A stretch of 64,000 bases of DNA. Origin: Salpingoeca rosetta (taxonomy: Eukaryota; Protista; Choanoflagellata). Both the position numbers and the translations under genes were made by a program. The notes below the pieces were generated by a model. That model saw only the letters and a program-made list of their open reading frames with translations. It was not told the DNA's origin and searched no databases. Location: NCBI GenBank assembly GCA_033442325.1, contig JAWQFM010000022.1:369797-433796 (forward strand), written 5' to 3'. Below, piece after piece: positions 44,251 to 58,000 of this stretch. How positions within the stretch are numbered: the stretch's first letter is position 1; each line of letters opens with the position of its first letter.

Positions 44251-44976
44251 GCATGTGCCAGGGTAGAGCTTGGGGAGGGGGAACAAGGAAGGGCACTCGC
44301 CCTGTGGAAACTGGGACTTGCCCACAGTGTACCACTCGCGAAAGTCGATGGAGCCGTAGACGACGCCGTCGTACGTGGTGAGGCGCCACTCGCCGTAGGA
44401 GGTCTTCCAGGCGGTGCTGGGGTCGCGCTGGGTGTTGTTGACAATGGGGTTGTAGGCGGGCTTTGTCCAGTTGGTGTAGAGCGGGTCGCTGGCGTTTGCG
44501 GGCACGGCAATGGCCAGGAGGGTGCCGGTCTCGCAGTTTGGGTACTCCTTCTTGAAGCACAGGCCCGGGTACACGATGACGGGCTTGCCGTCGACGATGG
44601 TTGCTGACCCCGTGTAGATGGCGTTGCGGTCGTAAGGCTTGTCGTTCCAGATGGCGACGGGGAGGTGTGCCCAGTGCACAAAGTCGCGGGAGACGGCGTG
44701 CCCCCAGTCCGGCCCGTTGCCCGGGTCGATGGCCAGGTGGTCCTGGTAGAAGAGGTGGTACAGCTTGTGCACGGGGTCGTAGAAAGGGCCGTTTGGGTCG
44801 TTCTCACCGCAGGTGGGGTCCATGACGTGGAACTTTGGCGCGTCCTTGAACGCTGGGCCGCATCGCTGGTGCGTGGGCCCACACGGTCCTCCCTCGCACT
44901 TGGATGCCGCCACTGGTCTGCTCAGCGTTGCCAGTGAGCACAACACCACCAGCCAGACCATCACCACCATCATCAT
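43090..44976 (-). CDS. Secreted GH32 beta-fructofuranosidase/invertase with inserted PAN/Apple domain, intronless
   Basis: Signal peptide. Catalytic motifs ENDPNG, RDP and ECP; also WGHAVSRD, YTGSAT, FYASKDFYDP..RR..FGW. C-terminal sandwich RVFTDNTFIEAY. PAN pattern DL..D...CQ..C..NPQCAAWTY...C..K. Confidence 0.92.
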
Positions 44977-45071
44977 CGCTGTCTGTGTTGTTGTTGTGCA
45001 CGAATGTAAACATAACATAAACTATTCTGCATTGTGATTCCACGCACATTTATGAATTGATCGTTTTTCGC

Positions 45072-45195
45072 TGACTCATCGCTTTTTCGATCTGACGTGG
45101 CGCTTGGTGTGCGTCTATTTTCTGCCGCAAGCAAGCAAGCAAGAAGCAAGCCCCTGCAATGACGGTGGCTGACGCATTGATGAGCAGCGACGTCA
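45072..45195. promoter_or_regulatory. Cluster of bZIP-type sites in the divergent GH32/bZIP promoter
   Basis: TGACTCA 45072-45078, TGACGTGG 45093-45100, ATGACG 45159-45164, TGACGCA 45170-45176, GACGTCA 45189-45195. Confidence 0.4.
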
Positions 45196-45423
45196 AACGA
45201 CAACAACAACCCCACCCAGCCAGCTAGCCAGCCGGTGTGTGCGTCATTTTTTTCCAATCGACGAACAAACAAACAAACAAACCCACCACCACATACCCCG
45301 TTTGTGACTCTCTTGTTGCGTCTCCTCTATCTCTCCTCTCTCTCCCTCCTCTCTCTCCTTTTGAACACCTCCCCCCCCCCGCCTCTACCCACCAGCATCT
45401 CACACGTTGCACCGGCGTGAGGC

Positions 45424-46900
45424 ATGCCGCGGGGCCGCATGTTTCCTGCCGCCGTTGCGCGGGAACGCCGGCGAGAGAGCAACCGCAAGTCCCAACGCAA
45501 CCGCAGGCAGAAGCAGAAGGAGCGCGAGGCGTTTATGCAAACAACGCTGGACTCGCTTAAGGAGGAGAACGAGGGCCTGTCGTCGCGCGCAGAGCGCTTG
45601 GAACGGCAACAGCTCGGCTTGAAGCGCCGCATCGCCCTCATCCAGGACGCCCTGCTCATGGCCTCCAACACAAGCACAAACACAAACACAACCACAAACA
45701 CAACCACAACCACAAACACACACAACAACAACACAAACAGCGTCAGCAATGATGATGTGGTGGCGCCCGAGATTGGTGTGCAGCAGAGCAAACAACAGGA
45801 TTGCGCCATGAACCTGGGCGAGGATATCCAAGACGCAAACACAAGCAGCGACAAGAACAACCACGCGTGTTCTGCGGAGGCCGACAGCCCCGCGTCTCAG
45901 GAGTCGTCGCCATCGCCTCTGCTGGCGTCTCTGTCGTCCTTGTTTGGCCTCAACAACGACCAACAAGCACAAGGAGGCATCATGCAACAACAACAACAAC
46001 AACAACAACAAGCACAAGCAGGCATCATGCAACAACAACAAACACAAGCACAACAAGGTCAGCCATCAGCGTCGTCGCCGCTGGCTGCATTGTCGTCGTT
46101 CCTGGCGACAGGCTCGTCCACATCTGCGATGTCCGGTTTGCAACCGGCGGGCCTGCCTGCCTTGACGACGATTTTGCTGCTCTTGACGACCTGGGCGACC
46201 TTGGGTCCGATGCATGGCGGGGTCTTGAGCGGGGCCTCAGCAACACAGACCCTGCCTTCGACCTTTGCGATGGACACGCTCTTCCACCTTCCCCCTTCTT
46301 CACAGCCTCAGCAAGCGACGATGGCAACGACAGCATGTGGCGGTGCACAACACCCGCTCCCCAGCAACAGCAACAGCCACAGTCACAGTCACAGCCAGGC
46401 GCCAGCGGGGCCAGCTTCAGCGACAACGCATGCAGCGACAAGTGGTGGGTTGAAGCAGGCAACTGCGGCGGCGGCGACGACGACGCCCTCGTTGCCCTTC
46501 TCAATGGAGGAGATGACGGCTGTGGCGGAGACATTAGCTCACCAAGCGACACAGGCTCCTCTCCTCGCCCCACAACAACCCCCATCGCCGCAGACGGCCC
46601 AGAACTGTCATGGCAGTGGTGGTGATGATGAGGATGCTCACGGCCGTGTTGCTGATGACAATGACATTGACGATGACGATGATGTTGAGGATGTTGAGGA
46701 TGCTGAGGGTGCAGCGGTGATCGGCGAGATGAATGGAGAAGGTGCAGGGCATGCACGGGAGGCAGCAGCAACAGCAGCAACAGCAGCAGAGGCGACGGCA
46801 TCCCAGCGCCATCTGGCTGCAACAAACTTTGTGGTGCAGTCGTTGCTGACGGGCGTGCTGCGGCAGATGACGCCACATGTCCTGGCCCACGTGGTTCACG

Positions 46901-46931
<31 letters not shown>

Positions 46932-46977
46932 GCAGCAACAATCGTTGCCTGCTTCCTCTTCTGTTGCAGCGTTTTGA
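45424..46977 (+). CDS. bZIP transcription factor, apparently intronless, with Q/S/A-rich tail
   Basis: Basic region RERRRESNRKSQRNRRQK (N-x7-R), then heptads M-x6-L-x6-L-x6-L-x6-L. Confidence 0.85.
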
Positions 46978-47566
46978 GAGCGCGACTTTGTGGGGAAGGG
47001 CGTGTTGTGGTTGAAACATTTGTTTGTTGCCTGCGTGTGTGTGTGCGTTTGAAGTGTTGAAGGCATGCGCTTGTTACTTTCTTCTTCTTCTTTTCCTTCC
47101 GCTTAAGCAGACGCAGGAACAGAGCGTGGTGTGCGAGAGTAGTGGTGGTGGTGTATTTGGTTCTCATGCTGGCAACGGCTTCTTTAATGAAACGAAATGA
47201 AAAGGTTCGTGAAGGAAGGAGGAGGAGAGGAGAAAGGAAAGAAAGAGAAAAAGGAAGGAGAAAACAGACAGGCTTGCATGATGCAGCACGCAGTGTCGTG
47301 CATGTATGGTGGCATGCATGGTTGCGTGGAGAAGGAAAAAAAAAAACCTAAACGGGGGGGGGGGGGGGTGTCATGCAAGCGAGGGAGGTCATGTAACGTA
47401 ACATAACGTAACGCACCGTGTCAGCGGAGGAAAAGTGGAAGGAGAACACCAGCAGGCACGGGAAGCAACGCGTGTGCGTGCCAGTGAAGTGGGAAGAAAA
47501 CACAAGAACGAGGGTCACTCCCTTGTCTCTTACCCACTCCTTCAAGCGTCGGCGGTGAAGATTGGG

Positions 47567-47890
47567 CTACTGCTTGGTCTCCTTGTCTGCGTTGGCCTTG
47601 TCGTTGGCGGTGCCCTCCTTTGCGCCCTCCTCGTCTGGGGACTCTGGCAGGGTATCCACTTCAAAGAGGCCGCTGAAGCTCCAGCGGATGCCGAGCTCGT
47701 CCACCAGACAGCCGTAGTGGCCTCCCCAATGCTGCTTTTTCAGCTCCGTGACCACCGTGCAGCCGTTGGCCAGCGCACGCTTCCATGCAGGGTACAGCTT
47801 GTCCTCCTCAAACGACAAAAACAGGTTCATCGTCTTCACCGCAGTGGCTACGGAACAAAGATGAACCAGGAGGAAAGAAGCGGTGGTGTA

Positions 47891-47968
<78 letters not shown>

Positions 47969-48395
47969 CAGTCTTTGACTGGCCAGGGCAGCACAACCAA
48001 AGATCGATATCACACTACACCACACACACACACTACACAACACATACACAATCATACAACACATCACACACTACACAACACCCACCCACCCACATACGCA
48101 CAACACAACACCCACGCACAATCAATAACAACGCACATTCGGGCGCCTTGCTTTCGGTGTCAAAATAGTCGTCCATGAGGAAGATCCATGCGCCGTTGGC
48201 AAACTTGACGGCGCAGTGCACGCATTTCCCAGAGTCGTCCCGATAGGGCCCAAACTTGACCGTGGCACCAAATGCTGCCTTGTACAGCTCGATGGCCTTG
48301 TCCACGTTCCCCACGCAAATCTCAGGCGTCACCTTGGGGCTCTTCTCCAGCATGGCCTGCGTCGTCTTGGCCTTCTTCGCCTCCTGCTCAGACAT
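47567..48395 (-). CDS. VOC/glyoxalase superfamily protein, PhnB-like (2 exons; intron 47848-48136)
   Basis: VTPEICVGNVDKAIELYKAAFGA..CVHCAVKF..IFLMD and AWKRALANGCTVVTEL..HWGGHYGCLVDELGIRW. The phase-1 GT-AG intron joins both halves. Confidence 0.85.
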
Positions 48396-48961
48396 GATGC
48401 TGATATGCTGGTGGGCTGGGTGGTAGGGTACAGAGGGGGGAACAACAAGCAAGCAAGGCAAGAAGGCAAGGCAACAACAACAAGGGAAGAGGAAGGAACG
48501 TGTTCTGGCAGTCCAGTGGCAAAGTGAGAGTGAACGTGTTTGTGCGAGACTCTTGATTGCTTGCTTGCTTGCTTGCAGGCTTTCTTTTGTTTTCGTCTTC
48601 GTCCTTGCAGGAAGGACCTTGCAGGCAAAAACATTGCGCACTTTTGCTACCCAAGTGTCATGGTGGATATCACATATCCATGTATGTCGAGTCAAACACA
48701 CAGCAGCCGCGAAATTCGCACCCAAACCAAAACAGCAACGGCCACCACAGTCAACACCACGAAGCAACGGACACACAGACACACAGCCACACAGCCACAC
48801 AGACACACAGACACACAGCCACACAGCCACACAGACACACAGACACACAGACACACAGACACACAGACACACAGACACACAGACACACAGACACACAGAC
48901 ACACAGACACACAGACACACAGACACACAGACACACATCACTTGTGACGACTACAACAGCG

Positions 48962-49487
48962 ATGGACGGTGTGAGCAGCGTGTTTGCCAACACGTCTCGC
49001 CGCGGCGTCGGCTCCTACGAAGACCTGTACGTTGCCTACGTTTGTGTCGTGCGTGGATGGATCGAGCTGGGCGCGATGTGGCGGCTGTGCGCACGTGCGT
49101 GCGTGGATATGTGAACGTGTATGCGTGCGTGCGTAGACTCTTTGTTCGCAAGCTCGTAAACGTCTGGTGGTTCCACTCATGCGTTCTTTTGCACACACAC
49201 ACACACACTGCCTACGATACACTGAACGACTGCAGGATTCGATACAGGGATCATTTGCTCGACCGGCGTCGAAAGCGGAAGGAAAAGGAGCGCCAACTTG
49301 CTCTCCGCAACGCTCAACGAAGTGCACAACGCAACCAGTCCATCCTCCAGGTACACACTCGTCTGTTCACCCACGAAACCACACCGTACACACCGCACAC
49401 ACACACACACACGCACACACACACACACAAACACACACGCACACACACACACACACAAACACACACGCACACACACAAACACACACG

Positions 49488-49519
<32 letters not shown>

Positions 49520-49831
49520 AACACCCTTTTGTCAACGTTGTCTCACAGTGTACTGTCTGTTTGCACTGCACTCTGTGAAGGAATTGAGCACGCTCTCGCA
49601 ACAGCTGGATGAACAAGTCAGCCACATCCAGCACCAGCGATCTGTACGTCAAACGGCGTGACTCTCTGAACCCTGTGTGTGGGTGTCTGCGCGTGCGACT
49701 TGTATGCATTCTGGGGCCTACCACATATGGCGTACTGCCGCCACACTCTGCGTTTCTCCTCCACGGTGCTCATCCTCCATTCTGAACACCCCCACCGCGG
49801 TGCTCATGCTCCACATCATCACGCACACCTC

Positions 49832-49888
<57 letters not shown>

Positions 49889-52800
49889 CTAAAACAACAA
49901 CAACAACTTAAACCACCACCACCACCAACAACTTAAACAACAACAACTTAAACAACAACACAATGACAGGGAGTGGAGAAGGCCAATGGCACGTGGGACC
50001 CTCCTCTGCAGCGCACGGTCGCGTCGCCGCCGTGGGGTCCAGCCACAGACGCGCACCAGCACCAACAGCAGCCGCAGCATGCTCCGTCCTGGGCCAACTA
50101 CCCACACACAATGCCGCCACAGCCATATGGCTGGCCGCCGTATCCATACATGATGCCCCCTTACATGCCGCCACCACCTCAGCAACAGCAGCAACAGCAG
50201 AATGGGCATGCCAGCCTGCGTAACAGCAGCGTGCAAACACAGCGGCCAGGCACAGGCAGTCGCCCGCCAACGGGCGGCAGTCGCAGCGGGGCGCACGTGC
50301 GCCCAGATATGGTTGCGCAGCAAACGCAGTTCCCAAGCCAACCACCCTCGCGCCAGCACAGCCCGCTCAAGCCTGCTCCCGCTTCCTCGTCTTCCTCTGC
50401 ACTGCAACAGCAGCATCACGCCCCTGATGTCTGGACGGCGCCAGCAGCCCCGCACGTCTCAGATGCTGCGCTGCAGCACATGCAGGTGTGTGGCTGTACA
50501 TTTGGTTACATCGTGTGTTGCGTGCTGGTGTGCTGGTGTGCACGAGTGTGTACTGTGGGCGTTGCTGGTGTGGGTTATGTGGAATGCGGCGTGTTTCTCT
50601 GCTGGCTTCTGTCAACAGCCACTTCCCTCAAACCCTGTCACCCTCTCCATCGTCCTCGGCGTCCTCATTCGCACCACCACCACCACCACCACCACCACCA
50701 ACACCACCACCAACAACAGGCCGTGGGCCGGGCGGAGCTTGAGGAGGCCGGCATTGCGGCGACGGACATGCTTGGGGACATGCAACGCAGCAGCGAGGTG
50801 CTTGATGTCCGCGGGTTCACGCCAGCGATGCGTCGCCTCAAGCGCCTGCACGTCATTGAGCAGCACCAGCAGGCCGCCCGCTTGGAGGACGAAGTTAGAA
50901 CAGCTGTGGTACGCCCCCAATATAGTGGTGGCGTCGTGGTGTGGCGTGGTGATGCGGCGATACGGCCGATGGGTGTTTGTAGATGCTGTGTTTGCTATGG
51001 CATCTTGCCTGTGTACGTACAGTCAGATATCAGCAGCCTTCTTTCCACACACACACTCTCACATACACACACATTCTCTCTCATACACTCACACACACAC
51101 ATTCTCTCTCACACACATACACTCACACACACACATACACTCACACACACACATAATCACACGTACACACATAATCACACATACATTCACATTCACATAC
51201 ATACACACCTCAATTTAGGAGTTGACGCTGCAGCATCAGGATGAAGAGGCGATGTTGTTTGCTGCGGAGCAAGATGGCAACGAGCTGCCCATGCTGAAGC
51301 AGATTGAGCAGCGCCACAACCCGCTGCTGGTGCAGTCTGTCTCCTCCGCGGTGCAGGCTGAGGACCAGCTGGGCATCGAGCCGCCCACCTCCGCATCGTT
51401 TACGCTGCGCTCTGTGCCCGCGTTTCCCACATCCGCATCGGCGTCGCTTCGACAACAACACGACGACGACGACCACCACGAGTACTATAACCACGATGAC
51501 CAGAAACAGGAGCAGGAGCTGCAGCCTGATGCGGCTTACGACTCACGCGTGCGTGGACAACGCCAAGGGCAATACGAGCAACCACAGCAGCAGCAACCAC
51601 AGCAGCAGCAACAACAACAGTATTCGAGCTCGCTGCGTGCACCACGAGGCGATTCTGCTGCGTCGTCACTGCAGCGCTCGATGGCAGATGATTCCATGCG
51701 CGGAGACTTTGCCCGCGTTGCACCCGCACCTGTCGAGCAAGGTGCGATGAGGATGAGGAGGAACGAACAATGCACATGGGTTGATAGTGGCGGCGATGAT
51801 GCTGTTGTCATGTGATCCTCTCGTGTTTTATGTCACCCACTAGCTCACGTCCGCTCACCCTTTGTAACAACACACACACACACAAACACAACACACACAC
51901 AAACACACATGCATACACACACAACAACAACAACACACAATGCACATCCCCACCCCCAAAACAAAAAATTCTCCCCGTGCTCAGGGGTGCGGTCATCGCT
52001 GCCGTCCGGCCGCCCGCCGCTGCCACAGTCTCCGAGTGCTGGCGGCGCTTCCCCAGCTGTTCGCACGCGCAGAGCACACGCACAACCACCACCACGCCAC
52101 CGACACGACAGCAGCGATGATGGCGAGAGCACGGACGTTGCCGGCACCACCGAAGATGCCCACACCAACAGCAGCGGCAGCAGCGGCAACAATCGTCATC
52201 ATCGTGGCCGTGGCCGTGGCCGTGGTCGTGGTGACGGCGGTGTTGATGAGGTGCAGCCACTGCAGGATGAGCGACACCAGCACGCGAGACGCGCGTGGGG
52301 ATCTGTGCCATCGTCCCCGCTCACACGCCGCGGTCAGCCCCCGCAGCAGGCGCACCCGGGCTACGAACAGCGCGAAGGCGACCAACACCAGCAGCAACCA
52401 CCGCAACAGCAACAACATCAGCGTCAAGGGTCGCGTGTGTCCCAAGAAGACGCCATGCGTCTGCTGTCACCGCACGATGCACACAGAGTGCACTCCAAGG
52501 AAGACCTGGACGCGTTTACACGGCTCGTGGGCTCCCTCTCGCCGTCCCCTCAGCGCGGGTCCTTTGCATTTCCCGATGGCGGCGCCGCAAACGCCCTGGA
52601 TACGCCAACATCGCTACCTGGGTCAGTTATCGACGTCGTTGACGCGTCCCCGTCCTCCCGCCATCCAGAAGACACCATCCAACACCGCCAGCAGCAGGGA
52701 TACAACGACACGTTCACGGGTCGCGGTAACAGTGGTGGTGGTGGTGATGGGCGTCGTGGTTACGATCCGTCCACGTTGGCAGAGGTGCCACCGCGCCGTG

Positions 52801-54032
52801 ACGGTGCTCAAGTGTCGTCATCGGCAGCAGCGCCGGCCTCCACCGCCGTCATGCGGGATGAGCGGGCGTTATCACAGCACCACGCCAGCGGGGACACGGA
52901 GCCATCGTCGGACACCACCCCGCTTGGCAGTCGCCGCGGCCGCAAGAAGGCGCGCGGTGTTGGCGGTCTCTTCCGCTTCCTCAGCCGCTCCCGGTCCCGG
53001 TCCCGCTCACGCACAGACACACACGCAGCAGACAGCTCTGCTGACGGTGGTGGTGATGGCAGTGATCGTGGGGTGACGCTGCGTGTGCCCTCTGGGCGCA
53101 GCGGCGTGCGTGGCATCTCTCGCTCCATGCCGCCACCGCGCTCGCCATCACCATCTGTATCGCCCTCGCCGTCATTCGTTGGGCGCTCACGGGCCAACAG
53201 CTTCGACTCTGTCGGGTCCAACGCATCGGCGCTGTCCAGCCTGTCGTGGCGCGAGCGACGGCAGGTGCGACGAGAGGCGAAGAAGCAAGCGAAGGAGCAG
53301 AAGAAGATGGAGAGGGGAGCGATGAAGGAGCAGGCGTTGGAGGAGTTGAGGAAGAGGCGTGAGGAGAAGGAACGCGCAAAGGCAGAGAAGAAGGCGGAGA
53401 AGAAGGCAAAGAAGCAGCAGAAAAAGGCAAAGAAGGAGAAGCAGAAACAAGGAGTGCCAGACAGTGACCACGGCCATGATGATGATGATGTCGACGTGGC
53501 TGCAGTGCCACCGGACAACCGTGATGGTGGCGACGACGGCCATGGTGTACGTGGCCGCGACCTTCACTCTGTTCCTGCCTCTCCCACGCCTTCTAAGGTC
53601 AGGCTGGACCTTGTGCTGTTTGCCAGTTCGTCCTGTGTATCTCCGTGTGTACGTGTGTGCGTGTGCGTGTGCGTGTGTGTGTGCGTATGCGTGTGTGTGG
53701 TGTTGTCTGGCATCTCATCGCTCCTTTGTGTGTGCGTGCGTGTGTGGTGGGTGGTAATGCCGGAATGCTCACCTACTTCTCTGCTTCGTATTTGTGCCCT
53801 TACACTGTGCGCGTTCGCCTTCGGTGTTTCCGATCGTGCAGAAGCGAGGACGCATCAGCCGGCTCTTTGGCAGGGTGAGAAAGCTCAACAGCAAACAAGT
53901 ACAAGCACATACACATGCGCCTTTGCCGAACCTGTTTCTCCCTTCACGTTGGTGACAACACCACAAACATATATCTTCATACACATACTCACACACAACT
54001 GCGTGATGCGCACGCGTGACGCACACACACAC

Positions 54033-54110
<78 letters not shown>

Positions 54111-55026
54111 TAGAGGAGTCGCTCCAGCTCGCGCGACCGCGCAATGTCCTCATCATCGGCAGCCGCAGGTGCACACCGCCAGCCGTCGCCATCACCGCCA
54201 CCATCGCCGCGAACACGAGCATCACAGGAGCACGAGGCTGAAGGACAGGGAAGAGGTGCAGCGGTGAGGGAAGCAGGGAAGCGCGAAGGGCTTGTGCGTG
54301 GCCGTGCTGCAAGCGATGAGCGTGGTGACCACGACGACAAGCCCCAACGACCCCCTCCTCCCCGCATACAGAACCAGCGCCAACCACAGCAGCAACAGCA
54401 GCAGCCACAGCAGCATCAGCGTCCCTCTGCAGGGCGCATTGGCGCGTCCTCCATGTCGACACCAATCAAACAGCAGGACGCATCTGTGCGGCCACATGTG
54501 CTGGCTCACCCCGTCCGTGTTGTTGGGATCGAGCGTGTGGACGGCCGGTTTGGTGTTCGCATGGTGGAGCAGCCGACGCGGGAGGGCGTGATTGCCTCCT
54601 TTATCAGTCACGTCGGACCCAATGCCCGCTTCACGCCCCCATCTGAGCCGCTATTTATCGGAGACAGGATCCTGGCTGTTGGCGGTGTGCCGTGCGACGC
54701 GGCCACGCCTGCACAAGTTGCCAGGTTGCTGCAGCAGGCCAAAGGCCCGCGGGTGCCCGTCAAGGTTGTGATTGATCCTGACGTGAGGCAGGCGCTCACG
54801 AGTGCGGGCTCTGCGCTACCTGCGGTCAACGACAGCATTGTGAGCGCTTCCACCATCCACTCACATCACTCCCACGAGAGACCACAACAGCAGCAACGGC
54901 AGCGAATGAGTGACGACGTTACAGCTGCACCGGTTGGGATGCGGGACAAGCAAGACGCTGGCGCTGCGCGTGTGTCGAGCGATTCAAATGCACGCATGAA
55001 TGCCAGCGCGCCCCAATCCATGCCGC

Positions 55027-55099
<73 letters not shown>

Positions 55100-58000
55100 G
55101 CAGCAGCAGCAGCAGCAGCATGATGATGATGATGGCGATGTGGCGCAGAGAAGTGTGGATGATGCGTTGGAGCTGATGGCTGGCATGGATGATGTGATCA
55201 GTGACATTAGTGATGTCAGCGACGCTGAAGGCATCGATGCGCCCGCAGTAACAGCACACACCGCCCATGACCATGCAACAGCAGCAGCAGCTGCTGCACA
55301 TACTACCAGCGACCATGAACGTGCTGGTGGTCCTGAAGCTGTAAACACGGCGCCGCAACAGCACGCCACGCACCTTTCGCAGCGGCAAAAGGACACTGGC
55401 GCACAGGCAACGAAACCAAGTGGCCAGCCGCCAGCGTCGTCGTCGTGGATGGCACTCGATGGCAGTGACAGTGACAGCGACAGCGTTTCTGCAATCGAGG
55501 AGGGCGAGGTTGTTGTGTCTCCACAGCGACAGGACAGTCACAGACACAGTCATAGCCGCAGTCACAGTCACAGCCGCGCGGATGACGGAGAAGAACGAGG
55601 AGGTGTACGTGCCAATGTTGGTCACCCTGTTGGCAGCAGTGTTGAGGACGATGATGAGCAGTCGGCTGTGTCACCGCCGTCATCTGCGCACAAACCCGCA
55701 CCAAATGACGCTTCCCGCATTCCTGAAGCGAGCGCAGCCAGCCAGACGGCGGCGGTGCCATCGTCACTCGCCACTGGTATGGGCATGTGGGGCATGGAGC
55801 TGTCCTCCTCATCTTCGTCGGGCGATGACGAAGATGAGAACGCCGATGGCCATGATGAGAGCGGGCAGCATGCGACACGGGGCCAGCGCGCTGTGGGGAG
55901 CGATGTCGACTCCTCCTTCACTTTTGGCGAGCAGCAGCAACAGCAACGTGACCAGCAAGAGCACGAGCAAGAGCAAGTGCAGCACGAACACGAGCAAACG
56001 TGGCAGCATGAGACAGACGATTCGCTCATGTCGGAAGGCAAGGAGACAGGCAAGCGCGCGTCCAGCGGGCGAAAGGGAACTGCGTTCTCCTTTGATGATG
56101 ATACTGGTGGCCGGGGCGATGCTGGCGATCACCCCTTTGTCCATGCTGCTGCGCCAACCACCGTCGGTGCCGCTGCTCTTGTCACTGAGGATGCCATGCA
56201 CATGCAGTTCGGCAGACATCACGATGGTGAGGATGACCCATCGTCCCAGCCGCAATCACTGGCGGCAGAACCGTCGTCCACACCGAAAGTTACAAGCTCG
56301 TCACCACGACACGAGCGGAACACGGAAGAAGATGACTTTGACTTTAGCGACGATGTTGGTGACGCTGAGCAGCATCATGGCGATGGCAGCGGTGCACGCG
56401 ATGCCGCACTGCACGACGGCACGACACAAGGGTCACCAGCGCACTCGGATGAGAGCGAGGAGAGCGACTTTGACACGTTCACGCTGTTCCAAGCGCCCAA
56501 GCAGCGCACAGTTACTGCTGCTCCTGCTGCTGCTGCTGAGGCGTCAGTGACACGGCCCGTTGTGCATGCCATCCCCACCGCTGCTGTTGCGCACAGCGAC
56601 GACGATGACGGGGAGCCCGCGTCTCCAGATTCATCGTTTGATGCGGGGACTGCTTTTGCATCTCGCGAACAGCAGCATCAACCACAGCACCAGCAGCAAC
56701 AGCAGCATCAACCACAGCACCAACCACAACAGCAACAGCAACAGCACCAACAGCAGCACCAACAGCACCAACAGCACCAGAGCTTTGGTGCAAGTGGAGG
56801 TGACTGGAGCGACGATGACGACAACAACAACGATGATGATGACGAGGACGCTGCCGCAGTTGCGTCTGGCGATGACCCGTTGTATGGCATTGTCTTGCCC
56901 GGACGAGCAAAGGCAAAGAACACCGTGCTTGCAGGCAACATCATCGGGGGTCGTGCGGACGATGGTGGCAGTGACGATGACCTCATTCCATCGCTTAAGA
57001 CACACACAGCCCCACGCACAGCACCGCATGACCCAGCGCTCAGCGGCCTGGGCAATGATGGTGCGGTGGCAGCTGGCGATTCCGACACAGACTCGCTTGA
57101 TGAGTTTGGCGGACAACTTGGTGGGGGACATCAGGACACCTCCAATACCACCAAGGACACCAACACCAACAAGGACACGCGCGCATCCGCAAGTGGGGTT
57201 GGTGGCCGTGTTGCTGTACAACGGCAGAGCGACCAGCAACGACAACAGCAGCATCAGCGGCGTCAGCAGCTGCAGCAGCATGATGAGAGTGCTGATAGTC
57301 TGCTGCACCATTCGCCGACGACAGCAGCGCCTGTTGTGCGCGGGACGATGATGGGCGCCGATGTCGATGACGATGATGACGACAGCGACAGCGGATCCGA
57401 CTTTGGCATGGCGTTTGGAATGACACCGCCAACACGGACCAGGACGGCCGCGACCAAACCAGGCACTGGCCCGCACGCACCAGCAGCCGCAGCGACGACG
57501 GCAGCGCATGACAGCAAGACAACCGCTCATGCTGCACCAGGTGCTAACCACGATGACGATGACAAGGACACCTTGTCGCAGTCCATGTCCTCCTTCGACG
57601 ATGGTGTCGACATGATGCAAGAAGCCGCCGAGCACCTTCGTGTAGCATCGCCCGTTGGGCGCAGCCCAGGCGGTAATCGCGACGATCATGATCATGATGA
57701 TTATGGCGGTGACAATGGTGGTAACGTTCGCGCGCAGCCGGGCGGGAAGAGTGCGGTGGACATGAAGCGAGCGCTGGAAGGCGAGGTGGTGGACATGCCA
57801 TCCATCGCACCAGTCACGCCCGTGTCACGTGAGGAGCGGTTTGGGCTCGTGCCCTCCTCCGAGAGCGAAGGCAGCGACGATGGTGGTGCTAATGTTGATG
57901 TCAGTGACGGTGACGGTGCGAAGAGTCAGGCGAGGGCAAAAAAGAAGAGCAAGACGAAGAAGACAAAACGCGACAAGAAGGGCTCGGACAAGCCATCAAA

